Shown here piece after piece: positions 1 to 7,054 of a stretch of 26,907 bases of DNA; the first letter of the stretch is position 1, and each line of letters starts with the position of its first letter. The DNA lies in assembly GCA_012515255.1 (NCBI GenBank), contig JAAYYR010000058.1, positions 1 through 26,907 on the forward strand, written 5' to 3'. Under the pieces are notes generated by a model that saw only the letters and a program-made list of their open reading frames with translations, ran no database searches and was not told the origin of the DNA. A program made the translations under genes and the position numbers. This DNA comes from Clostridia bacterium. GTDB lineage: Bacteria > Bacillota > Dehalobacteriia > UBA4068.

Positions 1-201
1 AAAACCGGCGCCCGTGGTCTGCGCGCCATCCTCGAATCCCTATTACTCGATATCATGTTTGAGGCGCCCATCCGCGAGGATGTATATAAGTGCGTGATCA
101 CCAAAGCCGCAGTCGAGCAGAAAGAACAGCCGCTGCTGCTGGCCAAAGGCCAAAACAACCCGGAGACTCTCAACCAGGAGGCCCCGGAAGTCAGCGCTTA
201 A
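1..201 (+). CDS. clpX: ATP-dependent Clp protease ATP-binding subunit ClpX, C-terminal fragment (5' part outside window)
   Basis: Frame 1 translates to [23 protein letters not shown]...EVSA*; TGARGLR is the ClpX/HslU C-terminal motif; canonical clpX-lon-engB order. Confidence 0.9.
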   Translation, partial: KTGARGLRAILESLLLDIMFEAPIREDVYKCVITKAAVEQKEQPLLLAKGQNNPETLNQEAPEVSA

Positions 202-261
202 GCCTTGAACCGGCGGTGAGTTTTTTGCCGCCGCTCAGTTTATTTCCATGAGGGTGCAACC

Positions 262-2658
262 ATGCCAAATAGTGAAAGATTCTTAAATAAATTGGGGATT
301 GCTCCGTCGCTTCATCCGCCGCAGGATTGGGAAGTCATTCCCATGATGCCGCTGAGGGGCATGCTGATCTTTCCCCATATGATCACCCATCTCGACGTGG
401 GCCGCGACAGATCAATCAATGCCATCAACGAGGCGATGGAAAATGATAAGAACCTGCTTTTCCTCGCCATGCAAAAAGACCCGCAAATTGACGAGCCGGG
501 CCTGGATGATATCTATGATGTCGGCTCGGTAGTGCTGATCCGCCAGTTGCTTAAGCTGCCGGGCGGCACGGTGCGTCTGCTGGTCGAGGGGCTGTACCGG
601 GCGCGGCTGATGAGCTGTCTCCAGGACGATCCCTTTCTGCTCGCGGAAATCGAGCCGCTGAACAGCTACCGCGGCGAAGACCCGATTGAGGAGGAAGCCA
701 CCAAGCGCATCCTGCTCGCCAAATTTGACGACTACGCTAAAAACAGCAAGCGGGTGGCCTCGGAAACCATGGCCTCCATTGTTAATATCAGCGACCCGGA
801 CGTGCTCTCCGACCTGATAGGCGGCCAGCTTAATCTGCAGCAGGAAGAACGCCAGGAACTGCTGGAAACCCTTGATATCACAGAGCGGATGGCCAATATC
901 ATCGGCCTAATCGATAAAGAGAACGAAATCCTGGAAATGGAAAAGAATATCGCCAACCGGGTGCGGCAGCAAATGGACAAGAGCCAGCGCGAATATTATT
1001 TGCGCGAGCAGATCAAAGCCATTCAAATCGAGCTGGGCGAAGGCGATGAGCGCAGCGCCGAGGTCGAGCGGTACCGTAAAAAGGCCGAAGAGGCCAAGCT
1101 GCCCGACTATGTGATGGAGCGTTTTGAGGCCGAGCTAAAAAGGCTGGAAAAAACACCGCCAATGATGGCCGAAGCCATGGTAATCACCACTTACCTCGAG
1201 GTCATCCTTGACTTGCCCTGGAATAAGGCGAGCGAGGAAAACCTAGATATCCTGCGGGCGGAAAAAATCCTTGATGAAGATCATTACGGCCTGGCTCGGG
1301 CCAAGGAGCGCATTATCGAATACCTGGCCAGCTGTTGCCTGAAAAACAACCTCAAAGGCCCGATCATCTGCCTGGTTGGCCCGCCCGGTGTGGGCAAGAC
1401 TTCGCTCGCCCGCTCTATCGCCCGCGCTACCGGACGTGAATTTGTACGCATGAGCCTGGGCGGCGTGCATGACGAGGCTGAGATCCGCGGCCACCGCCGC
1501 ACCTATATAGGCTCCATGCCCGGCCGCATTTTGAACGGCATCAAAACTGCCGGCGTCAATAATCCGCTATTCCTCCTTGACGAAGTGGATAAGCTGGGCA
1601 AGGACTGGCGCGGCGACCCCACCTCGGCGCTGCTTGAAGCGCTCGATCCGGAACAAAATAATACCTTTTCCGACCATTATTTGGAAATACCCTTTGACCT
1701 GTCAAAGGTGATGTTCATCACCACAGCCAATATGCGTTCGGAAATACCGCGTCCCCTGCTCGACCGTATGGAAGTGATAGAAATCTCCAGCTACACCGAG
1801 GAGGAAAAGCTCAATATCGCCATCCGCCATCTGGTGAAAAAACAGTTGCTGGAGCATGGCCTGACTGCTGACCAGGTCAAATTCACCAATGCCGCGCTGC
1901 GCGCCATCATTCGCAGCCATACCCGGGAGGCGGGCGTGCGCGAGCTGGAGCGGCGCATCGCTAAAGTTTGCCGTAAGGCGGGCCGCGACATCGTGGCCGG
2001 CTTGCAGCCGCCCTTTAAAATCAATGTGGATAATCTTGCTGATTATCTGGGCAAGCCGCGTTATATTGAAAGCAAGCTCAAGCATCAACCGCAGCTTGGT
2101 ATCGCCATCGGCCTGGCCTGGACGGAGATCGGCGGCGAGATTCTTGAGATCGAGGTGCAGACACTGCCCGGCAAAGGTAAATTCACCATCACCGGCAAGC
2201 TGGGCGATGTGATGAAAGAAAGCGTACAGGCCGGCTACACTTGGCTGCGTACCATCGGCCGGCGCTACGGTATCCCCGATAATTTGGAGGAAACCACTGA
2301 TTTGCATATTCATGTACCGGAAGGCGCCATCCCCAAGGACGGCCCCTCTGCCGGCATTACGATTGCCACTGCTCTTTGCTCCCAGCTCTCCGGCATCAAA
2401 GTCCGCGGCGATATCGCCATGACCGGCGAGATCACCCTGCATGGCAAGGTGCTGCCGGTGGGCGGCATTAAGGAGAAGCTGCTGGCCGCCTATCGCTTTG
2501 GCATCAAAGAAATCATCCTTCCCGCGGAAAACGCCAAGGATCTGGAAGATATTCCGCCCAGCATCCGGGAAAAGATGGTCTTCCACACGGCGCGGCATAT
2601 GGATGAGGTGCTGGAACTGGCCCTCGTTAAAGATAAGCCCCAGGCTACAGCCAAATAA
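262..2658 (+). CDS. lon: ATP-dependent protease La (Lon)
   Basis: 798 aa; N-terminal LON domain (PLRGMLIFP), Walker A GPPGVGKT, Walker [10 protein letters not shown], catalytic PKDGPSAG Ser with downstream Lys (GGIKEK). Confidence 0.98.
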   Translation: MPNSERFLNKLGIAPSLHPPQDWEVIPMMPLRGMLIFPHMITHLDVGRDRSINAINEAMENDKNLLFLAMQKDPQIDEPGLDDIYDVGSVVLIRQLLKLPGGTVRLLVEGLYRARLMSCLQDDPFLLAEIEPLNSYRGEDPIEEEATKRILLAKFDDYAKNSKRVASETMASIVNISDPDVLSDLIGGQLNLQQEERQELLETLDITERMANIIGLIDKENEILEMEKNIANRVRQQMDKSQREYYLREQIKAIQIELGEGDERSAEVERYRKKAEEAKLPDYVMERFEAELKRLEKTPPMMAEAMVITTYLEVILDLPWNKASEENLDILRAEKILDEDHYGLARAKERIIEYLASCCLKNNLKGPIICLVGPPGVGKTSLARSIARATGREFVRMSLGGVHDEAEIRGHRRTYIGSMPGRILNGIKTAGVNNPLFLLDEVDKLGKDWRGDPTSALLEALDPEQNNTFSDHYLEIPFDLSKVMFITTANMRSEIPRPLLDRMEVIEISSYTEEEKLNIAIRHLVKKQLLEHGLTADQVKFTNAALRAIIRSHTREAGVRELERRIAKVCRKAGRDIVAGLQPPFKINVDNLADYLGKPRYIESKLKHQPQLGIAIGLAWTEIGGEILEIEVQTLPGKGKFTITGKLGDVMKESVQAGYTWLRTIGRRYGIPDNLEETTDLHIHVPEGAIPKDGPSAGITIATALCSQLSGIKVRGDIAMTGEITLHGKVLPVGGIKEKLLAAYRFGIKEIILPAENAKDLEDIPPSIREKMVFHTARHMDEVLELALVKDKPQATAK

Positions 2659-2681
2659 ATCGTCGTCTTTCCCCTAAACAA

Positions 2682-3302
2682 ATGAAAATCAAGCAATCAG
2701 ACATCGCGGCCTCAGCCGTACATCCCACTCAGTATCCGAGCGAGCTTTTGCCCCAGATCGTCCTGTTCGGGCGTTCCAACGCGGGCAAAAGCTCTTTGAT
2801 CAATGCGCTGATTGAACGGCGCAATCTGGCGCGTACCAGCTCCGCCCCTGGCAAAACGCGGCTACTCAATTTCTACCGCATCGAGGCCGTGGCCACGGGC
2901 GGCCAACCGCTGCTATTTTATTTCGTCGACTTGCCCGGCTATGGCTATGCCAAGGTTTCGCGCGATGAGCGGCAGCAATGGCTAAAAAGAATCGAGCAAT
3001 TTCTGCGCAGCGATACGCCCAAGCTTTGCTGGCAATTAGTTGATATCCGCCATCAGCCTAGCCCTGAAGATATCTCCATGTACCGGCTGCTGCATGATCA
3101 GGGCTACCATGTGACGCTGATCGCCAATAAGGCGGATAAAATCGGCCGCAATGCGCGGGCCAAAGCCCTGTCTTTGATCAGCCATACCCTAGAAATACCG
3201 CTCGCCGATATTGTGGTTTTCTCCGCTGTCACTAAGGAAGGCAAAGAGCTGCTGCAAGGACAGGCTGAATCCTACTTATTGCACTTATGCGAAGCGCAAT
3301 AA
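2682..3302 (+). CDS. engB: Ribosome biogenesis GTPase YsxC/EngB/YihA
   Basis: G1 GRSNAGKSS, G3 DLPGYG, G4 NKAD; directly after lon. Confidence 0.96.
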   Translation: MKIKQSDIAASAVHPTQYPSELLPQIVLFGRSNAGKSSLINALIERRNLARTSSAPGKTRLLNFYRIEAVATGGQPLLFYFVDLPGYGYAKVSRDERQQWLKRIEQFLRSDTPKLCWQLVDIRHQPSPEDISMYRLLHDQGYHVTLIANKADKIGRNARAKALSLISHTLEIPLADIVVFSAVTKEGKELLQGQAESYLLHLCEAQ

Positions 3303-3392
3303 TAATTGTCTTTGCCCTAAAATAGCCTGCCCCTAAGGCCCAGCCGTAGCCGAAATTCGCAAAGATTTTAGGTAAAACTTAGACTGCTTACA

Positions 3393-3422
3393 TTGACAAA
3401 GAAAACGCCGCCAGTATAAAAT
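3393..3422 (+). promoter_or_regulatory. sigmaA-type promoter
   Basis: TTGACA at 3393-3398, then TATAAA (3415-3420, 16-nt spacer) or TAAAAT (3417-3422, 18-nt spacer); predicted TSS about 3425-3428, at the start of the structured RNA. Confidence 0.75.
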
Positions 3423-3424
3423 AA

Positions 3425-3580
3425 GCTGTGTCGGCGATGGTCGGCGGACTGGAACGCGGCCCGGGATAGCCGCGAGACATAACCAAGCTTAATCCAGCGG
3501 CCGGCGTGCGGGCAGTGCCAAGGCCTTGTGATTGCAGCCTGGGGAAGCTGATCCAATCTGTCGCCCATTGCCGGGCCAGT
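3425..3580 (+). ncRNA. ssrS: Structured ncRNA, most likely 6S RNA
   Basis: Closing stem CGGCGAUGG-U-CGGCGGA (3432-3448) pairs with UCUGUCG-C-CCAUUGCCG (3557-3573); its G-U wobbles define + as the RNA strand. Central bubble, internal stem AGCUU..CCAG/CUGG..AAGCU, and apical region UCCAGCGGCCGGCGUGC...AAGGCCUUGUGAUUGC that resembles, from memory, the E. coli 6S apical region. No covariance search was run. Confidence 0.6.
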
Positions 3581-3581
3581 T

Positions 3582-3665
3582 TAGGGAACCGCCCGGCTTT
3601 AGTCGGTTTCCCGCCAGAAGAAATAGGGAACCGCCTCGCTTTAGTCGGTGTCCCGCCGAAAGAGA
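3582..3665 (+). repeat. Two tandem 42-bp imperfect repeats, each folding as a hairpin
   Basis: TAGGGAACCGCC-CG-GCTTTAGTCGGT-T-TCCCGCC (3582-3615) and TAGGGAACCGCC-TC-GCTTTAGTCGGT-G-TCCCGCC (3624-3657): 31/34 identical, period 42. Confidence 0.92.
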
Positions 3666-3678
3666 TAAGGAGACGAAC

Positions 3679-4194
3679 ATGAAAAAGATTCTGCTTTTTG
3701 CCTTTACCTTGATGCTGATTATCGCTTTTACCGCTTGCTCGCCGCAGGCCAATATCGCGGAAACGCCTGATTTTAGCGTCGAAGCGACCGCCACAGCCGC
3801 GGATGTCGGCCGTTCCGCCGCCGACTTGCTGAAAAAGACCATGGATGATCAGGGCATCGCCTATACCGCTGATAACGGCTTTTTCGATAATATCGGCGGC
3901 TTTGCGTCCACCCAGACCGACGGCTGGCTGTTCTACTATAATGATGAATTGTCCAATGTCGGCGCGGCTGATGTGACTTTGTCTGAAGGCGACACCGTCA
4001 CCTTCCGCTGGGCAAACTATGATGAAGCATTCGGCGCCTTTCCCGATAACGGCGATATGACCGATGATAATGCGGACGCCGACGATGACGCCAATATCGA
4101 TGATGACGCCAATATCGATGATGACGCCAATATCGACGATAACGCGAACATCGGTGACGGAACAGTCACCGACGATAACACCGTAACGCAATAA
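3679..4194 (+). CDS. Lipoprotein with DUF4430-like (transcobalamin C-terminal-like) domain and acidic repeat tail
   Basis: RBS AAGGAG before ATG 3679 (the ORF-track start at 3532 lies inside the RNA/repeats); signal peptide MKKILLFAFTLMLIIAFTA-C with lipobox; GWLFYYNDELSNVGAADVTLSEGDTVTFRW matches the recalled DUF4430 pattern. Confidence 0.75.
   Translation: MKKILLFAFTLMLIIAFTACSPQANIAETPDFSVEATATAADVGRSAADLLKKTMDDQGIAYTADNGFFDNIGGFASTQTDGWLFYYNDELSNVGAADVTLSEGDTVTFRWANYDEAFGAFPDNGDMTDDNADADDDANIDDDANIDDDANIDDNANIGDGTVTDDNTVTQ
4063..4152 (+). repeat. In-frame 18-bp tandem repeat (about 5 units, DDDANI-like)
   Basis: GA(C/T)GATGACGCCAATATC x3 at 4081-4134, flanked by degenerate units GATGATAATGCGGACGCC and GACGATAACGCGAACATC. 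Confidence 0.93.
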
Positions 4195-4224
4195 TTTGCC
4201 AATAAGCTACCCGCCTGTTAGCCA

Positions 4225-4270
4225 GGCCATATAAAAACGGCTCCCTCAAGGGAGCCGTTTTTATATGGCC
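4225..4270. terminator. Intrinsic terminator (symmetrical, 21-bp perfect stem)
   Basis: GGCCATATAAAAACGGCTCCC-TCAA-GGGAGCCGTTTTTATATGGCC, 30 nt after the lipoprotein stop. Confidence 0.88.
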
Positions 4271-4412
4271 ATTTTCTTGTCCCTTGCCATATCCTTGTCC
4301 CCTCCTCGCTTCTGCCCCTTGCCTGCTTTGCCATGCCCGCCCCTGTACTCATACCCTTTGCCTTGTCTCATGGCCGTGCATATCAACAAACGAAAAAAGT
4401 TTTATATACCTC

Positions 4413-4442
4413 TTGACAACTGATACTATGCGCTGTATAGTA
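4413..4442 (+). promoter_or_regulatory. sigmaA promoter with overlapping palindrome (putative PadR autorepression operator)
   Basis: TTGACA(4413-4418)-17-TATAGT(4436-4441); inverted repeat TACTAT-N7-ATAGTA (4424-4442) covers the spacer and -10. Confidence 0.75.
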
Positions 4443-4465
4443 CTCTGTGAAAGGAAGTATAAACA

Positions 4466-4783
4466 ATGGACGCACAATTAAAACGAGGCTTATTGGATAT
4501 CTGCGTGCTTTCGATACTACAGCGCGGCGATTCCTACGGCTACCAGATCATCAAGGATACCGCCCCCCTGCTCGAGCTAACCGAATCCACTCTCTACCCG
4601 ATTTTAAGGAGGCTGGAGCAAGCCAATTATGTCAGCGAATACGCGATAGAGCATAATAGCCGCTTACGCAAATACTATCACATCACCGCGGAAGGCGTGG
4701 CCAGGATCGGCGAATTCCTGCAGGAATGGCAGGATATTATGAGAGTTTATCAATACATCAAGGAAGGGTATGATCATGAATAA
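4466..4783 (+). CDS. PadR-family transcriptional regulator
   Basis: 105 aa; MDAQLKRGLLDICVL...SYGYQII...ESTLYPILRRLE...RKYYHIT, typical short PadR (subfamily 2) wHTH. Confidence 0.93.
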   Translation: MDAQLKRGLLDICVLSILQRGDSYGYQIIKDTAPLLELTESTLYPILRRLEQANYVSEYAIEHNSRLRKYYHITAEGVARIGEFLQEWQDIMRVYQYIKEGYDHE

Positions 4784-5393
4784 GCAAATGTTTTTAGATG
4801 GCCTCAGGGTTGCGCTGGCCGAGCTGCCCGTTGCGGAGAGAGAAAAAACCCTGGCCTATTATGAAGAGATGATTAATGACCGGATCGAGGACGGAATGAG
4901 CGAAGCCGACGCCGTGGCCTCTTTGGAACCCGTGGAGGTGCTGGCCGCCCGTATTCTTGATGAAACGCCGATGATGCAAAAGGCCGTGCGCAAGGCCAAA
5001 AACAGCGGCATTTCCACCGCATTGCTGGTAGTGCTGCTGATCGTCTTCTTCCCAGTTTGGTTTCCATTGGCTGCCGTAGTCTTTGGCATTATCGTCACTG
5101 TGCTGGCCTTGATGTTCGCGTTGATCGTGGCTCTTATTGCGCTGGTGCTGGGCCTGGGTGTCGGCGGCCTGGCTGTGCTGATCGGCGCGCTCTTCAGCGG
5201 CAGCTTTTTTAGCGGCGGCCTCTTCGGCGGCAGCGTCCTCTTGGCCGTAGGCGCCGGATTGGTCGGCACCGGCATCGCCGTGCTGCTCATCTACCCGGTA
5301 TGGTATCTAATCAAGCTGATCTGGTCGGGCTTAAAGAAGCTCTGCCGCAAAATCCGCTCCTGGTTTAAAAAAGAGGAGGCCAACAATGAATAA
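4776..5393 (+). CDS. DUF1700/HAAS-domain membrane protein
   Basis: MNKQMFLDGLRVALAELP...LAYYEEMINDRIEDGMSEADAV (HAAS-type N-terminus) followed by long hydrophobic helices; ATG 4776 overlaps the padR stop (alternative start 4770). Confidence 0.85.
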   Translation: MNKQMFLDGLRVALAELPVAEREKTLAYYEEMINDRIEDGMSEADAVASLEPVEVLAARILDETPMMQKAVRKAKNSGISTALLVVLLIVFFPVWFPLAAVVFGIIVTVLALMFALIVALIALVLGLGVGGLAVLIGALFSGSFFSGGLFGGSVLLAVGAGLVGTGIAVLLIYPVWYLIKLIWSGLKKLCRKIRSWFKKEEANNE

Positions 5394-6243
5394 AACCGTA
5401 AAAGTAATCTTAATTATCGCCGCGGTCATGATCATGACCGGACTGGCCTTATGTGTCGCGGCTATCGCTTCCGGCAACTGGCATCCAATCCGCTGCGGCA
5501 ACAATATACCCCTGACCGCCGAAGACGCGCAGACAGAGGCTTCGGGCTACCAATCCCAGGAATATCAAATCGACGCTGACGGCATTAGCCGGCTAGAGAT
5601 TTCCGCGGTAGCGGATAATATTATTATCAAAGCCCATGCCGACAGCAATAACATCATCGTCCACTACACAAACAGCAAATATCATCGCTACGATATCAAG
5701 GCCACGGGCGGGAACCTCTCGATCCGCTACCGGGATCTTGATCATGGCCTGGGGTTCTTCGCGCTACGACAGTGCCTCTTACCCACCCAGATGGAGCTGT
5801 GGCTGCCGCAATCCTTCTTTGAGCGAGGAGAGCTGGATTTGGAGCTGGTTAGCGGCAAGATAGAGCTGCAGGGCATCTCAGGCGCCTCCTGCGCCGTCAA
5901 AAGCGTCTCCGGCGATATTCAGCTGCTAGACTGCGCTTTTGACGAACTGGACTGGTATTCGGTGAGCGGCGACACCCTGATCCGCGGCGGCTCCGGCAGC
6001 GCCCATGGCGAGGCGATTTCCGGCTCCGCCACCATCGAGGGCGCGGGCTTTAGCAAACTGGAAATCAACTTGGTCAGCGGCGACATCGAGGCGGAACTGC
6101 TCGGCAGTAGCCAGGATTACCGCATCGATACTAAGAGCGTTTCCGGCGATGTCGAGGCTGACCGCGGCAATGATCTCGCGGCGGGGCATATCGATCTGCA
6201 AACCATCTCCGGCGATATCGAGCTTGTTTTCCATAGCCGCTAA
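5386..6243 (+). CDS. DUF4097 family beta-strand repeat protein with N-terminal membrane anchor
   Basis: N-terminal TM helix; repeated (V/I)SGD(I/V) motifs; third gene of the conserved PadR-DUF1700-DUF4097 triad. Confidence 0.85.
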   Translation: MNKTVKVILIIAAVMIMTGLALCVAAIASGNWHPIRCGNNIPLTAEDAQTEASGYQSQEYQIDADGISRLEISAVADNIIIKAHADSNNIIVHYTNSKYHRYDIKATGGNLSIRYRDLDHGLGFFALRQCLLPTQMELWLPQSFFERGELDLELVSGKIELQGISGASCAVKSVSGDIQLLDCAFDELDWYSVSGDTLIRGGSGSAHGEAISGSATIEGAGFSKLEINLVSGDIEAELLGSSQDYRIDTKSVSGDVEADRGNDLAAGHIDLQTISGDIELVFHSR

Positions 6244-6283
6244 GCCAAGCCGCCAAACGTCCCTGCGCAAACGCGCATAGCAA

Positions 6284-6315
6284 AGCACAGCCGGCAAAAT
6301 TTTGCCGGCTGTGCT
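6284..6315. terminator. Perfect 32-bp palindrome between convergent genes, likely terminator
   Basis: AGCACAGCCGGCAAAA/TTTTGCCGGCTGTGCT between the DUF4097 and cysteine hydrolase stops; lacks a clear external U-tract. Confidence 0.65.
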
Positions 6316-6357
6316 GCCTATAACGATGATTTGAGGCCGGACGCTTCAGGCAGTCCG

Positions 6358-6864
6358 CTAAAACGCTTCCTCGACAGAAACAAAAGGTACCCGCGTCGCC
6401 AGTCCCTGCAGAGCCAGCATATGAATGATTTCATTCACCGTGGTGCAAGCCTCGGGAATGACTTTGGGATTATACTTTTCAATATCCCTAGACAAAGCGG
6501 AGAACAATACACAGTTATGAGTCATCATGCCGCACAGTATCACCTCGTCGACGCCTAAATCCTGCAGCACCTGATCTAAATCGGTTTCATAAAAAACATC
6601 GGCATTATACTTGATGATTGGCGTGGCATCCGGAACCATGGCCAAAATATCATCGCGGATTTGCCTGCCTTTGGTCGTTTCACCAAAGAATGGGGTCTCA
6701 CCCTTGATGGCGTGCCGCACCAAGATGACCGGAGCGCCCGCTGCCTGAGCCGCAAGAATGGCTTTTTTGATGTTTTCCAGGGTCTGCTCCCCGTTCCACA
6801 GCACAAAGGCCCCGCCTTCAAAATATTCGTTTTGTACATCGATAACTATCAGCGCCTTTTTCAT
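6358..6864 (-). CDS. Cysteine hydrolase / isochorismatase-family protein
   Basis: MKKALIVIDVQNEYF...IIKYNADVF...GMMTHNCV gives the Asp/Lys/Cys triad; RBS AGGGGTG favours ATG at 6864. Confidence 0.88.
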   Translation of the reverse strand: MKKALIVIDVQNEYFEGGAFVLWNGEQTLENIKKAILAAQAAGAPVILVRHAIKGETPFFGETTKGRQIRDDILAMVPDATPIIKYNADVFYETDLDQVLQDLGVDEVILCGMMTHNCVLFSALSRDIEKYNPKVIPEACTTVNEIIHMLALQGLATRVPFVSVEEAF

Positions 6865-6974
6865 AAATATCACCCCTTTTTTAATTTTTGTTGCTAATTA
6901 ATATATTCCCACCAATTCACTAGTATATGATTATTATACAGTTTAATCCTTAAAAACAAGTTTTTTTTGTAAAA

Positions 6975-7011
6975 AAATAATTAACCCCGGGATAAAATTT
7001 AACCCGGGGTT
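6975..7011 (-). terminator. Intrinsic terminator of glyQS
   Basis: Stem AACCCCGGG (6983-6991)/CCCGGGGTT (7003-7011) followed on the minus strand by a U-rich tract. Confidence 0.75.
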
Positions 7012-7054
7012 GTTGTATTTTAATCTATCGGCTTTATATGATGATCTGCCGAGC

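Noticed and set aside
211-233. CGGCGG/CCGCCG hairpin between clpX and lon
   Set aside because: Short stem with an 11-nt loop and no downstream U-tract; too weak to call a terminator.
1702-2598. 298-aa antisense ORF within lon (likewise 7595-9034, 9297-9833, 21217-21960, 24553-25440)
   Set aside because: Typical stop-poor shadow frames opposite high-GC conserved genes; no RBS or recognisable motifs.
3425-3580. Retron msr-msd-like layout (closing inverted repeats, small hairpin, long hairpin)
   Set aside because: No reverse transcriptase anywhere in the window; 6S-like features explain the fold better.
3582-3665. Cobalamin riboswitch (AATAGGGAA...TCCCGCC resemblance, DUF4430 gene downstream) or mini-CRISPR
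   Set aside because: No GGTG/AATCC arm and no GCCACTG/GGGAAG B12 box; only two repeat units with ~8-nt gaps and no cas genes.
3388-4191. 267-aa minus-strand ORF and the 3532 start of the plus-strand ORF
   Set aside because: The minus ORF is the antisense shadow of the lipoprotein repeat and RNA; the true start is 3679 (RBS and signal peptide).
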